Below are positions 37,854-51,431 of a stretch of 64,000 nt of DNA, piece after piece. The stretch's first letter is position 1. Each line of letters starts with the position of its first letter. Position numbers and translations under genes: made by a program. Below the pieces are notes generated by a model. It saw only the letters and a list, made by a program, of their open reading frames with translations, did not search any database and had not been told where the DNA came from. The stretch comes from Felis catus (lineage: Eukaryota), in the NCBI RefSeq assembly GCF_018350175.1, contig NC_058368.1, positions 5,456,001-5,520,000 on the forward strand, read 5' to 3'.

Positions 37854-38247
37854 CGCCTTCCTTTCCTTCTTGATGGCAGTGGGAGTCCCTTCTGCTTCCA
37901 GCCCCCCATCGATGTTGCCCTCCCAGAGCCTTGCTCAAGTACTGTTTGGTCCTACAGCGTACCTGACCAGGGTGCTCAGGGGGTTCCCCCCTTTCCTGCA
38001 GGGTGCTGTCTGCATTGCTTTGGGGTTACGAGCACTGTTGTGGCCTTGCATTCCTCTCTTCTTCTGGTCAGGGTGGAGACTCTAACTAACGAGACTGGTG
38101 TATTTATTATAACCTGCCTATGCTAAGTATGTTCACACTTGTGAGCCTTTGTTCCTGCAGTTCTTACAATTCTTCTTCTCTTCCACGAGACCCTTTCTGC
38201 CAGACGTTATGGATTTCTTCCACGTTCCTTCAGCACTTATTATTACC

Positions 38248-38248
<1 letters not shown>

Positions 38249-38293
<45 letters not shown>
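38249..38293. repeat. (CA)n microsatellite
   Basis: About 22 units read directly. Confidence 0.97.
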
Positions 38294-38296
<3 letters not shown>

Positions 38297-38339
38297 CACT
38301 AATTTATTGCTTTGCGTTTCTTATTTAGGCTTTCGTCTG

Positions 38340-39080
38340 TATATACCAAAAATGCATCTAACAGCCACAATAAATGCCACTTCGTCACTCCCTGGTTACA
38401 AAACTGAGCCTTCCCAGTGCTGTTGAGGACCCCTCTGTACCTAAGATCACACCTCCCCCCACTTCCGTTCCCACAGAGGTGACTCCTCTCGTCAATTCTG
38501 TTTGGTCATCCACTTGCTTTCTTTCATGGTTTCCGTCTCTCTGTGATTGATATCATTTCCCTGTACATGTATTTGAACTTAGAGCAAATGGAATTGCACT
38601 GCTGTATCACTTAGTTTGTTCAAGGCTGTTTGAATTTAATCCATGTTAGTTCACGTGGCCTTAAGTGTATTCGTTCTCCCTGCCACCTGAAATTCCACTG
38701 AATGAATATTACCACAACTTCTTTTATTATTCTCCTGTCAGTAGGCATTTGGCTTGTTGCCAGCTTGTTACTATTACAACACAACATGGCTGAGAAAATA
38801 GCAAATGTCTACTCGTGCACATGTGCAAATACTTTTCTAGGGTATGAAACTTGGGAGTGGAATTGCTTGGTAGTGGGGAATGTGCATTTTCAACGTCACT
38901 AAATAACGCAGCACTGTATTCTTAAGTGAATTGCCAACAGTTTATAAAAGTGTTTCCTCATCTACATCTTTGCCAAGACCTGTATTTTTAAGGTGTTTTA
39001 ATCTTACCAGCCTTGCAAGTGTGAAACGGCTTATCTCCTTGTTCCAATTTTCTGTTTTCTCACTTGCTAATGAGAGGACT
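38340..39080 (-). mobile_element. Ancient L1ME-like fragment
   Basis: ttccactgaatgaatattaccaca..tttctagggtatgaaacttgggagtggaattgct..ctacatctttgccaa. Confidence 0.65.
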
Positions 39081-39344
39081 TTAGTTTTCTTGCCTTGTCT
39101 CAATCTGATATTAACTTAGCTATGAGAAGTTTCTTTTAGTTAGCCCTGGCCTAGCACATCTTTTTTCTGTCCTCTTACTTTTGGCTTCTCTGTGTTCTTT
39201 TTAAACATCATCTAGCTGGCTTTTGTTCATTTTTTGTTTCTAACTCCAGTTGGAGGGCCTGTGTAGCGGAGAATTTTGTCCATTCCCACAGTGTTTGGGG
39301 TGATTGTTGTTTGGGGTCTGTGAATAATGGGAGAAATGAATTTG

Positions 39345-39844
39345 CACGTGGCCATTGTTCTGGGCAGCGTTCCGAGATGGCCCTAGGGTTCTCTCCCATC
39401 TGGTGGACACCCCCTGCATAATCCCCAAGACTGGAATGTAATGCTTTTACTTCCAGGATTAGGTTATGTTTTATAGGAGAGTGGACTTCAAGAAAGGGAG
39501 ATTATGTGAGCGGGTCTGACCTACCACATGAACGTTTTAAATCTTGTTCTAAAGGTCAGAGATGGGGAAGCCAAAGAAATTTAAAATGTGAGTAGGATTG
39601 GATGGGTGGTTGCTGGTTTGAAGATGGAGGGGGTCTGTGCAGCATGGTGACCTCCAGGCGCTGGTAGTGGCCCGAGATGCAGCCAGCGAGGAAATGCGGA
39701 TTAGCCCTAGGAGACCACGGTCAGGGAATCCAGTCATCCGGGACCTGGACTTCTGACCTACGAAACCGTGAGCTAACAAATTGGTGCTCTTTGAGGCAGC
39801 TAACTTTGTATGGCTTTGTCATGCAGCAGTAGAAAACTAATACA
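39345..39844 (+). mobile_element. MLT1 (MLT1E-like) MaLR LTR
   Basis: gattaggttatg..aagggagattat..ttgctggtttgaagatggagg..cctggacttctgacctacgaaaccgtgag..gcagcagtagaaaactaataca. Confidence 0.82.
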
Positions 39845-41821
39845 GTCGTGTGCCATCTGAGAGAGCTTTGGGACAGCGTTCAGGCCTTTCCAGAAGGTAG
39901 TTGGAAATAAACACCTGTATTTGAGAGAAAGATCTCGCTTGGGGACAGATTTACAACTGTTGTTACAGAAACGTAACGTGTAAATGAGATCAGTCAGAAA
40001 ACGAGCCGCTACACGGAGCACCTTGGGCAATACTCACATTACCCGCTGTTGAATTGTGAATGAGGGTCTGACGGGTGAGGAGTCAGAGCTCAGAGCAGCG
40101 AGAGTTGCAAAAACTGTGTAAGTTTTATCTCCTTGGTAAGTTACAACTGGGTCGAGAGCTGAGCACATGTTACCGTACTGACTGTTTCGGAAATACACAA
40201 AGGCCCCGTCTGCGGCTGTGTCTCCATTTAAACCATCCACATTGATCTCTTACGGTCCCACAGCATGAACAGACCGCTGCCTTCTCCTCCGGTCATTTAG
40301 TGGGAGTAGGGAAGAGAAAGAAACAAATGCTTGTTATTGAGCTCCCTTTTGGCAGAAATACGTTAAGAATGGTAAAAAGGAAGAAAACCAGACCCGCGTC
40401 TCTTGGTGTCATAATGACTGGAGCTTGGGTATACCGAGGGTCTGGACGGTCAGGTCATCAACATAAGGGCCACCGATGCAAAGTTCAGACTAACTTCCTC
40501 CGGCATCAAGCCCAGGAAACAACGGACTGCCCCGGTTTCAAGGTGCCTTAAATAACATTCGTTCCCTGAACGAACACGTGATTGAAGTGCTTACGAGTCA
40601 GCAGCCCTCGCCCTAGCGCCTGGAGGTTAAATGTTACCTAACGCAGGCATTTCCCCTGCCCTCTCCGAGCTCACCGTCTATCAGGCAGGGCGGTATGCAC
40701 ACCAGCACCTTGCAAAAAAGCGGTTCAATATGCTGGCTTCTCTCTTGTGTTGCTTCTTTGGGGGCCGTTGCTCACCTGGCACACACACCCCCCTCCGCCA
40801 ACAGGAGAAAACACAGGAAGACGCTAGCCTGGCACTAAAATACCGTTCCCTTAAATCCTCCGATTTCTCGGAACTGTTCTGGGCTCTGCTTCTTGTCCCC
40901 CGCGGACCCGTCCAGTCAGTCGTACCGCAGACCTCCTCCCTTGCCTGTGAGGATGGACCCAGACGTTTGGGGCAAACTCTGAGTGAGGAGCCCCGTGCCG
41001 AGCTTGCAGACCGGGGTTAGAAACGGGTGGCGGTTGACCAGCGTGGGATCTAAGGTCCTTTTCAGGCCCAGGGTTCAATTTTGCTGACTCTGACCCTCTG
41101 AGGTGGCCGTTCCCAGACCAAAGACCAGTGGCAAGGATACCAGGGAACTTTCTCTGGTGTGGAGGCCAGGAGGGAGGGAGGAGCGAGGGAGCGAGCCCCG
41201 TGTTCTCAACACCTGTGGTCACTTCGTGCTGTGGGTCGAAAATTGAGGGTCTGTTGGAGGTGGCCAGGCTCCTGAGTGTGACTGCCAGACAGACCCAGCC
41301 AGACCGGCCTGGTGACCCTGTGTTTGACCAGAACTGTCCAACGGCGTGGCGCTCTCGCCTGCCCTAGCCGTGGACGCTCTGACCCTGCCCTGCCCAATGC
41401 TTTTCTGGGTTTATTACTAGAATGATGTGCTTCTGCTCAGTTAACTTCCGGAAACGGCTTCCAGCCTGGCTTTTCCTTTATCTCACTCTGTTGCTTTCTC
41501 TACCCTGGCTCTGTTCCCGATGTTCACATTGTCCACAGCTCATCATTCCTGTTTGAGTTCCTGCGCTGTAAATGACCATTCTGTTTCTCGTGACACAGAG
41601 AAGTAACCAGCCCAAGGGGGAAAACAGCATGAGTCCATGTGTGGTTAAGGCTAAAAAGAAATCAGCCTGATTTTTTATTTCTGGCTTACGTCTTATCTTC
41701 ATAAGGACCCCAGAAGATCAGTCTTAAGACCTCATGGCTAAATGTCACATGCTGTGGCAGTGACACTGATTCCAGCCCATACTGAGTGCTTATCATGTAC
41801 CTGACATTAAACTAGAAGGTT

Positions 41822-42047
41822 ATTTTTTAATTTTTTTTAATTATTAAAAAAAATTTTTTTTAAGTTTATTTCTTTGGAGGGGGGGCAGGTAGGGGCAGAC
41901 AGAGAGAGGGAGACACAGCATCCAAAACAGGCTCCAGGCTCTGAGCTGTCAGCACAGAGCCCAACATGGGGCTCGAACTCATGAACTGCGATATCGTGAC
42001 CTGAGCTGAAGTCGGACGCTTAACTGACTGAGCCACCCAGGCACCCC
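41822..42047 (-). mobile_element. Can-SINE
   Basis: Complete element; imperfect TSD TAAACTAG[A/G]AG from 41808 and from 42048. Confidence 0.92.
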
Positions 42048-42444
42048 TAAACTAGGAGTTTTATATATGGTGCTTATTACATTTGTAGGGCAACACCAAT
42101 TTTCTGATTTCAAACAAACAAACAAACAAACAAACTGAAGCTCAGGAAGAATAACTTGACAAGCAAATGCTGATGGAAATCCATTGAATGGAAAGCGAAG
42201 GTGAAATACTGTAGCCTTATTTATTTCAAAGCCATCAGTGGTATGAGAATTATTTTCCAAAGAGAATCATTTTCTGATTTGCGTAGAATAGATTATAATG
42301 TTTCGTGTACCCGAGCAGAAGCCCCCTTGTGTTGGAGAAGGTAGATGAAGGCAGCAGAGGGTGTCTCTGTAACTAAGAGTATGACAGGGGCGGGGCTGGG
42401 GGACAGGCAGGGCGGGGCCTGGGAGGTTGAGGGTGGGGGAGTAG

Positions 42445-42835
42445 TTGCCTACTGCCACGCACTAAGTAGCTGAAAACAACACAAATCTATTCTCTTACAG
42501 TCCTGGAGGCTCCAAGGGAGTGCAGGCTCCGGGAGCTATTGAATTCTAAAGGAGTTCTTTAAATAATAAATTCCCTGACTTGTGGCCCCTTCTTCCATCT
42601 TCAGAATATATCACTCCACTCTCTGCTTCTGTCATCACATCGTCTCCTCCTCTTCTGAAGCAAAACCATCCTCTATGGACACTTTGTGATGACATTTAGA
42701 GCCACCCAGATAACCCCAGATGATCTCTCTGTCTCAAGGTCCGTAGTTATAGCCGCAAAAATGCCTTTTTGGCCAGATAAGGTAACATTTACAGGTTCAA
42801 GGGGTTCGGATGTGGACATATTGAGAGGCTGCTCT
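42445..42835 (-). mobile_element. MLT1 (MLT1D/E-like) MaLR LTR
   Basis: aaaacaacacaaatctattctcttacagtcctggagg..gtggccccttcttccatcttca..cacccagataaccccagatgatctc..aaggtaacatttacaggttc..atgtggacatat. Confidence 0.8.
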
Positions 42836-43529
42836 TGAGCTTGAGAGCACATAGGAATTGATCCCTTGCAAGGAGTTCTTTTCATGAGAAGGTGCGAGCC
42901 CCAGGGGTCTGGAGGAGATCCCAGCAACAAGGCAGGAGTGCTGGCAGGCTCTACAGGGAAGGGCAGTGAAGAAGGGCCCTGAGGGGTGGGGGTGGGGTGC
43001 ATTTATGTGTGTCTCTTGATTTTCCTTCCCTTTGTGTTGATTTTCAGCGTAGTAATCTGGTATCTTTAATCTGTAATCCCCATCCGCCTCCAGCCGGGGC
43101 ACAGGTGTGTACAGAGGGGGTAAGCACAGCCACAAAGTGGGGGTGGGGGGCACATTTTCCCTCCGATCTCAGAAAAGAGCATTGACCTGTAAATTAGCCT
43201 GACTATGGCATGACGGAGAACTCGGGTCTCCTGAATTTTCAAGGTAAACTGTTGGAAGATATCCGAGCTGAATCCTTACATGACAAACTTTGATAGTCTG
43301 AGAAACGTTGTTTATTGGAACATTAAAAGAAGTTTAGAGGAGTTTTTTTGTTTTTTGTTTTTTGTTTTTTGTTTTTGGTTGTGTTTGTTTTCACAGAAAC
43401 ATTAGTTACCACACGATGCTGTGGACAACCCGGGAAGTGATTTTGTCATCGTTATTATTTGTATTCTCTCTTGTCAAAGCCAAAGCATCCACCACATGGC
43501 AAGAGCTGTGTTTGCAATATTGAAAAGCA

Positions 43530-43775
43530 GGGGCGCCTGGGTGGCTCAGTCGGTTGGACTACAGCTCAGGTCATGATCTCGCGGTCTGTGAGTTCGAGCC
43601 CCGCATCGGGCTCTGTGCTGACAGCTCAGAGCCTGGGGCCTGCTTCTGATTCTGTGTCTCCCCTCAATCTCTGCCGCTTCCCTGCTTGCTGTCTGTCTCT
43701 GTCTCTCTCTGTCTCTCTCTGTCTCTCTCTCTCTCTCTCTCAAAAATAATAAACATTTAAAAAAAATTTTTAAAG
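43530..43775 (+). mobile_element. Can-SINE with a small deletion after the A box
   Basis: ggggcgcctgggtggctcagtcggttggactacagctcagg lacks the usual agcgtcc; B box, CT region and tail are present. Confidence 0.92.
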
Positions 43776-44594
43776 AAAAAAGCAAATAGCGAGGCCACTG
43801 GACAACATGAGAGCCTGTGCCCTGGATGATTGGAAACGCTCATGGCGAAAGCCAGCCATTATCCGGAATAAACTTCCCCGGAGGGAATTTTTCAGACTCA
43901 CGCAGGGGACCGCTAATAAAACACAAACTATAAAGTGTCCTCCAGCAACAAAAACACGTGGGATGTTTTTCTATATAATATTTCACATTAAATGTAATTG
44001 TAGATTAACTTTTATAGAGAAAATATTTGTTCAAGCCAGAGATGCTTAAAGCCTTTCATTTCCTCAAGTATGACAAAGCACTGGGAATATACTCCCCTTT
44101 GTAATTTCCTACTGATTTGCCCCAGTTACGGACAGAACATTAACTCTGCAAAGTCTGCACATGGGAAACTGCCCAGACGGAAATCTTAAATTGGCCAGAC
44201 CCTGAATCTGCAGTTGAGGCCTCTGTGCTCTGGTCCCAGCATCGAGGCCCACCCTCGCGGGTGGCTCACCAAGCGTGGCTTCCCGGCCTCACGGTGCTGT
44301 CCCCAGGGCGGGGTGAGGGCTAGGTCATCCACAAGACTCCTTCCTGCCCTTAGCTCACACACGGCTCAGCTATCCCAGAACCACATGCCGGATTTAGTTA
44401 ACCCCCGGACCTGTTTTTATAGTCTTTATGAAACGTTAAAGCTTGGACTAATGTTTATTATTTATTAGTTTATTCAGTCTATTTGTTAATAAACAATAAT
44501 AATTGGCAATGTCTTATTACTGAGGATTTCACAATCTCCAAATTCCCAGCGTGAACAAAGTTCGAAACTAAAGGGATGAGACGAACAGAGTTTG

Positions 44595-44720
44595 AAGGGC
44601 AGCACGCCTGGCTTTGAACCTGGCCTCTACCGCTTACGAGCTGTGGGCCTTCATCAGGGAATTGGCTAGAATCTCGCGTTTTCTCCCGTGGGGGATGGGG
44701 ACATCTACCTCAAGGACATC
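44595..44720 (+). mobile_element. MIR fragment
   Basis: gcctggctttgaacctggcctctaccgcttacgagctgtgggcctt..tctacctca. Confidence 0.55.
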
Positions 44721-45281
44721 TCCCGGCAACTGTCAGGTGCTCCAGTGCCCTACGTGGCTGATAACATCGCCTGTTTAATAACGGAGGTCGACGTAGCATC
44801 AGTGCCGCTATTTTGTCTACACGGGGCCTCGCCTCTCGAGTAGAAGCCACCGATACTTAGAGGTCGCATTACTTTTAAGGACAACTTAGTACTTGACCCA
44901 CGAGACGGGCAGATGAGCCGTCCCTGCCTGAGGGAGAAGGTAGACGCGGTATGTGATAAGGTTTGCATCGCACTGTCGCCAGCAGACGTTAGAGGTGGTC
45001 GTCTGAAAACGGCGGGTGCGGCCTCTGAGCCTCCGAAACGGGTCTGCCGTGTCCTGGGTGCTGTGGCTTCGTGTGACCAGAGCCGCTTCGGTCCTGCCTC
45101 CTGTCTTGTGCTGTCCCCGCAACTGTGGGCTCTCAGGTAGACCTCCCCACTGCTGCCACATCAGTGAGCGTTGGGGAAGTTTGTAATTAGCACATACACG
45201 CGAGCATAGAAACATGTGCCTGAAACCTGTTCAGTTAGTTGTGATGGCACTCTCCCTGGGACATGGGATGTGGCTGCTCTT

Positions 45282-45502
45282 TTTTTTTTTTTTAACTTTT
45301 TTTTTTAACGTTTATTCATTTTTGAGAGACAGAGAGAGAGAGAGGGAGGGAGACACAGAATCCAAAGCAGGCTCCAGGCTCCGGGCTGTCAGCACAGAGC
45401 CTGACACAGAGCTCGAACTCACCAACGCGAGATCAGGACGTGAGCTGAAGTCGGACGCTCAACCAACTGAGCCCCCCCCCCCCCCCCCCCCCGCCGGCGC
45501 CC
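45282..45502 (-). mobile_element. Can-SINE with a 21-nt homopolymer in its head
   Basis: SINE body, then C21 at 45472-45492 followed by gccggcgccc; imperfect 18-bp TSD at 45264-45281 and 45503-45520. Confidence 0.92.
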
Positions 45503-47711
45503 TGGGACGTGACTACTCTTAATAGCACCTCTGAAAACTGTCTTTCAGAGTTCCAGTGCCACTTCATTTCAGGCCCTGCCAGGTGGATGTTCTCTTCCTC
45601 TTGCATTCATATATCCTCAGCGCTGCCCTTCGGAGAAGTCCTAGATTTCAGCCGGTTTGTTGAGTTATTCTTACAAGGCTATGCCCTTGAGTTGCTTCTG
45701 TCGGTTCCCCTGTGCTCCTCCTCGTTTCTTCCGTTTGTGGACATAAACTGGACACCTTCACTTACTACCTTGTAAGACGGAATCAAGGGGACCTTGCTTT
45801 GACTTCTGCTCTGTTCTCTCGCACTCCCCATCCTCTTGGTGCCTGTGTCCTACAGAGAACTGGGGAGGGGGGACCTGCCGCCGTGTGGCCGGACCAGGCG
45901 CCGTGGACGTGCTTTCACGTGTCCTCATTTCACCCTGATTCGTACCCCTCAGGGCAGGCCTTGATATTCCCACTGAACTGGGGGAAGTGCACGTAAGTAG
46001 TTTATGATCAGAACTCAGGTCTGAGTCCAACCCACTGTATCAATTACTTGGAGTCTGTTGTGACATCTGGATCTTTTTCTTGGCGTGGTATTATTATTAC
46101 TGTTATTATTGTTACTGCCCTAGCAAGGCTTGGATGAAGTGGGTCCTGGTCCTATGCCTGTTTGGTTTGCCTTGCTGGATCTGTTTTTTTGCCTTTGCTC
46201 TCAGATGACTTTGTTAAACTGAAAAATCCAGAATTGGTGATAAAAGATCTCTAAGAGACTTAGGTGGCCCTCCGACTTCACACTTCATAAATTACGATTA
46301 AAGGGAAATTGTTGAGGATGCTAACGGCAATGTGAAAGAAAGCGCTTCCCTGCACACACACAAAAAAACAAAAACAAGCACGATGGTTGAATTTGGTGGC
46401 TTCCCCCCCCCCCGAGTCTTTAACGTGCTCGTGTGGGTCGTGTCCGAAGGGAATGTAGCATACGCGCTTCTGAAACTTACTCTCGTCTGTCCACATCTGA
46501 CTTAATTCGTTGGAAAGCAAAACTCAGATTAAGGCGGATTTGTCTTCAACTCCATCAAATTGATTCTACAGAACAAAAGGGACTGGTGGTCCGCGACTGT
46601 TAGCTGGGCGTGCAAATGTCCACTGTGTGTCAGGACTACCTGCTGTAATCGTGGCATTCTCTGCTTTTACGGCGGGCGTTTAAAATGTAGTAAACGCGTG
46701 CAACAGGGCTCCTGTGGTAGCTTCTGCCCTTCTCAGAAGTTGCAGCCTCCGGTGATAGGCTACCTCGCACCCTCGCAAAGAGTGCCCGGTGCTGAGTTCT
46801 CCTTACGGGTTGACATTTTGTCCTGTGCTCTGTATTCTTACTTCGCGGTTTTTCGTGTGTCGCAGACCTAACGTGAACGCCATAAAGAAGGCCAAATGAG
46901 ACTCCCTGCTCGGTTTCCTTATCCCGGAAGAGCTTACTAGGGCAGGTGGGGGTTGAGGAGTTGTCGGATTTTTGTGGTTTAATTGGTTAAAGGAGGGAAT
47001 ACAGATAACTGTGAAAGCCGTAATTGTTACAATATTGGCCAGTTGGATTCTCGTGCCTGGGGTTTTCCCCATCCTCTTCCCAGACCGTTGTGGCCATAGA
47101 ATGCTTTTAATCTGGAGTGACCCCCGTCCAGTCTTGTACTTTCATTTGTCTGAGTAAAGGCACTGAGTCCTCAAGAGCCGATGGAAGATACTTAGCAACA
47201 CCCAGAGGGCTAGTGGAAAATCCCTCCGGTGTAATCAAATTCACAAAAAGCATATGATGCTCCTTTCAGTTTTTTTTTTTTAATGGAAGGATGTACAGCA
47301 GAATCTAACACACAACACACATACCCACGAAAAATGGGGCTCATTCGGTGACTCACTGAAGGTGTCACTTAAAACCGGGAAAACACACTGTTATGTGCAC
47401 AGCAACCAACTTGTTCTTTCTACTCGAAGATATGCCGCAAAAACTGTGAACGTCTACGTTCAAAACTTGATTTCCGTTATCCTGAGGGTTGTGAAAACTT
47501 TAGGCTCTGAAAATGAACATGATCGATTTGTAGGTGACCACGTAAAACCGGACAACTAGACTTTTTTCCCAGGTGGGCTGCGTGTCCTCTCAACTCCGGA
47601 GTCCTGGAGAGGTCCCCAGCATCATGTGCCACTTATCTGTGCTACTGGCTTTTCCCCTCCCAGCCTCCTTCCCGTCGCTCCTCTGCTCACATACCTCAGA
47701 CATACTGTTCT

Positions 47712-47948
47712 TTTTTTTTTTTTTTTTAATTTTTTCTTTTCAACGTTTATTTATTTTTTGGGGGGACAGAGAGAGACAGAGCATGAACGGGGGAGGGGCA
47801 GAGAGAGAGGGAGACACAGAATCGGAAACAGGCTCCAGGCTCGGAGCCATCAGCCCAGAGCCCGACGCGGGGCTCGAACTCACGGAGCGCGAGATCGTGA
47901 CCTGGCTGAAGTCGGACACTTAACCGACTGCGCCACCCAGGCACCCCC
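47712..47948 (-). mobile_element. Young Can-SINE
   Basis: TSD CAGACATACTGTTCT at 47697-47711 and 47949-47963. Confidence 0.96.
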
Positions 47949-50389
47949 CAGACATACTGTTCTATCTCCCTCACGTCGGGGATAAAACTGAGCTTTTCTC
48001 TTCCCAGCCCAAAGAGCTGGGCTTTTCCCAAGAGGAAAGAAATCCCTACTCCCAGTCATTGGTATTAAAGGAAAGAAGCAACTCCCCCCCCCCCAAAAAA
48101 AAATAGTGTTTAGAAGTAAGGAGTCCCAATGGTCCCTTGCAGGCTGTTCCTTCCAATGTCACAGCAGAGGCGAGCAGCGTTGCATGATTGGAAATCATCT
48201 GTACCGGGACTCCCCGGACTCAGAAGATGTGGTCGTGGCCACATAGCAATTCCATCACTAGCCACCTACGATGCCTTGAGCAAGCTGTTCACACTTCAGG
48301 CCTCCGTTTCCTGTTTGTGAAATCAGGGGGATAGACTACATGATCTCCAAGGAATTATTTGTTGTTGTTCCAAAAGTCTAGATATTATTTAAATTTTAAG
48401 ACCTAAGATAAATAAATGACATGTCTCCTGAATTTATTTTTAAAATGTAGTTCATGGCCAAGAATATTCACTGCTGTAAAGGAATCGTTTAAAGAAGTGC
48501 TCTTTTATGTTCTGTGGGACTGTATTTGACTTGAAATGTTTTATTTTCCGTTGTGTCCTTTCAATGGATTTCAGCATGTCTATGAGCTGAGTTGGTCTAA
48601 CAAACTAAGTGATAACAGAATGGATGTTGTGTTTTATGAGTCAATCAGTCAGGTCTCGAAGGGATAAAAATTACGAAGAAAATACGCAACTTATCCCGGT
48701 AAAAGAACTAACTTCTGCCTGAGAAAACATATCATACCCTGTATTATGGCACGATGCTGATTTGTCCCACAGGTGTGAATAAACCTGGAAAGCATAAACA
48801 TTTGGAAGTTATTGAAAATTTATTGAAAATGTAGTACGAAACTTCCACCCTTCCTTTGTTCCCATCCAAAATACAGAGTTATTGTAGTTGGCTAAGGTTT
48901 TTCTTAAATCTCAGAGGTGTCATTTCCCCACATGTGAGAAAATTGAATGGGTTGGATCTAAGAATAATAGTACATGCCTTTATGGTGAAATATAGACAAT
49001 GGGAGGTGTATGTCATAGAAGTCTTCAATGCCTAATAAGGAAATAATCTGACTAACAGCAGGTGTTTTGATTAACAGAGAAGGTAGTTTATAGCGTAATA
49101 AAGAACGGCATGAAGGATTCTATTGCCCAAAGAAACCAAGACAGATTTTGGGGTGGGGGGAGGGGAGTAACTTCTCCTTCCATGCCCCTGTGAAACTAAT
49201 ACATATTGTTGAACTTGAAAAACCACGAAGGAAATAGAAATCACTGACGGTGTCCCCATCCTCAGACAACTACTGTTTCTCGTACTTGTTTGCACGTGCC
49301 TATATGTGCGCGCACGTGTTTTATTTTTCGTGACGTACTCTGGAGCATGCATTTTTCATCAAGTTAAATAGGTTGTAAACGGCAAGCAGAGATTAGAAAA
49401 CCAAATTTATATTCTTTCCATTAGGAATCTTTAGCTTTTAATTCCTGCTAATTTAGTAGTTATTTGTTCTTTTTGTCATACTTTGTCCACTGTGTCGCTT
49501 ACTGGATTTCAGTAGTTTTCTTTTCCAAAGGGTTTGGTGTTGTGGGTATTGAGTCACTTAATCTATTTGATATGTGGGCCCGCTTAAAAAGAAAAAAATC
49601 ATCCATTAAAAAAAAAATCAATTGTGGTCTAGAGAGGTAGCTTGAGAGTTTATGGGTTCCATCTCCTTTCTTCAGCCAGAACTGCCCAGATGCCCTCTGT
49701 TTTAAGGACCTCCTGACAATAAAATTGTAAACCACAAACAGTGTTTAACACCCTTTGATGTCAGCCAACTATTCCTTCCGCCTAATTTCAGTACCTTATG
49801 GCGCAGCTTAACCCCCTTCCCTTTTGATTTTTCTCCATCGGAGATAGGGGCACCTGGCTACCTCTTTTGTAACGTTGCCTTTTCCCAGCGAACAAATAAG
49901 ATCCAGTTACCCTCTAACTTTCTCTTCACGTTGAATTTCTTCTTTTAGTCCTCTTTTACCATGACAAGCTTGCCACGAAGACCACAGGCGTAGCGCCCAA
50001 CATGTGGTGTACGTTCAAACACGAAGATGTGGATAAACTTCGGGATTGGTTGTGAGTTGTTGTGTACATGAAGCATCGCCTTCCATCCTAATTCCCTTCT
50101 CCCCATCCCAGTCCCCATTTCTGTTCCTGGTTAGTACTACTTGGAAAGGCCTCTGTGTCTAGCCAGGAGTAGGAACTGGGACCATGGCTAAGGTAGCACT
50201 CGGAAAGGCTATCTATAAGTACTGGATGAAGTCCTTAGCCAAGGGCTGTTCTCCGTCTCTAGTCTGTGCCCGTAGCATCGGAAGTGGGTAGTAAACCGAA
50301 CAGAAGATGTTAGGTAACGTAGATTTCTCTCTTTTCCGACAGACACTCATGTAGTACCTTACGGTTCACAAAGCATGTAGGGTCGTTGC

Positions 50390-50620
50390 AAGCATTTATC
50401 GAGTGCCTACTGCACCCTACCACTGGGTGAGATACTGGACCTCCAGGGTTTTTTAAAGCAGCTCTTACCCTCAGAGTTCACAGTTCAGTAGAGGGGACAG
50501 AATGTAACAAACCATCATGAGCCATCGAGATAAGCCTTCTAACAGGTAAGATCAAGGTGCAGCGGTGGCAGAAAGGAACAAGTGATCGGTCCTATCTGAC
50601 AGTCAAGGGCGACTCAAGAA
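50390..50620 (-). mobile_element. L2 3' fragment
   Basis: aagcatttatcgagtgcctactg..ccctcagagttcacagttcagtagaggggacaga. Confidence 0.6.
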
Positions 50621-51226
50621 AAGATGGCTGACCTGGGTTCTAGCACAACACCTAAAATGTGATTTCACTTAGTGATGTGGTCCCATTCCTCCACTAGAAG
50701 GTGGGTATTGGACCTTCCATCTTGGAAGTCCTAGGTTGCTGGTTGCTGTAGCCGGGTCGTTAGATGTAAAGGGAGGAGCAATGTTACGTGTACGTGAAGA
50801 GTTAGGGGCTATGTCTCAGAGGACACTGAGTGAGAAATCTTTTTTAAGTTAGACAAGTAACCGACAGGAGGAGGAGGAGAACTGAGAGGAAGGTGAATCA
50901 GGAGGGCAAGGAAAATAGGAAGCGTTGGTAGCCTTCCAAGGGGGAATGGGTGGTAGCCCGGGAGAAGGCTAGACAACCGTGGGGATGGGACCAGGGTAGG
51001 GATTTTGAGAGCAGGAGTAAGGATGGCCTAATGGATGTGGTTATAGAAGGCCTCTTTTGAGATAAACCCCACATGGGTCATGTTTCCATTACCTCCGAGT
51101 GCATCGTGATGGCAAGATGCTAATAGGTGGTCACTTGGAGACACTTGGAGAGTGGTCTTGAGACACGGTCCACATAATTAGCTGGAATGACAAAAAACAA
51201 GCGTGACCGAGGATACAACCTGCATT

Positions 51227-51431
51227 TAGGGCCGGTGAATGTTATCTGTGATGAACCAGATTGTAAATCTCCTAGGCTTCGTTGTCTCGCCACATCTCTA
51301 TTCTATTTTTACACAGAAGCAGCCATGGATAACACATAACCAAATGGAGGTGGCTGTGTTTCAGTACACCTTACTCACAAGAATGGGCAGTGGGTTGGAT
51401 TTGACCATGGGTTGTCGTCTTCTGACTCCTG
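51227..51431 (+). mobile_element. MER58A-like hAT-Charlie non-autonomous DNA transposon
   Basis: ccagattgtaaatctcctaggctt..aagcagccatggataa..gtggctgtgtttcagta..ggttggatttgaccatgggttgt..tgactcctg follows the recalled MER58A consensus end to end. Confidence 0.75.

Noticed and set aside
51132..51151. 10-bp tandem duplication CACTTGGAGA x2
   Set aside because: An ordinary slippage micro-duplication with no further structure.
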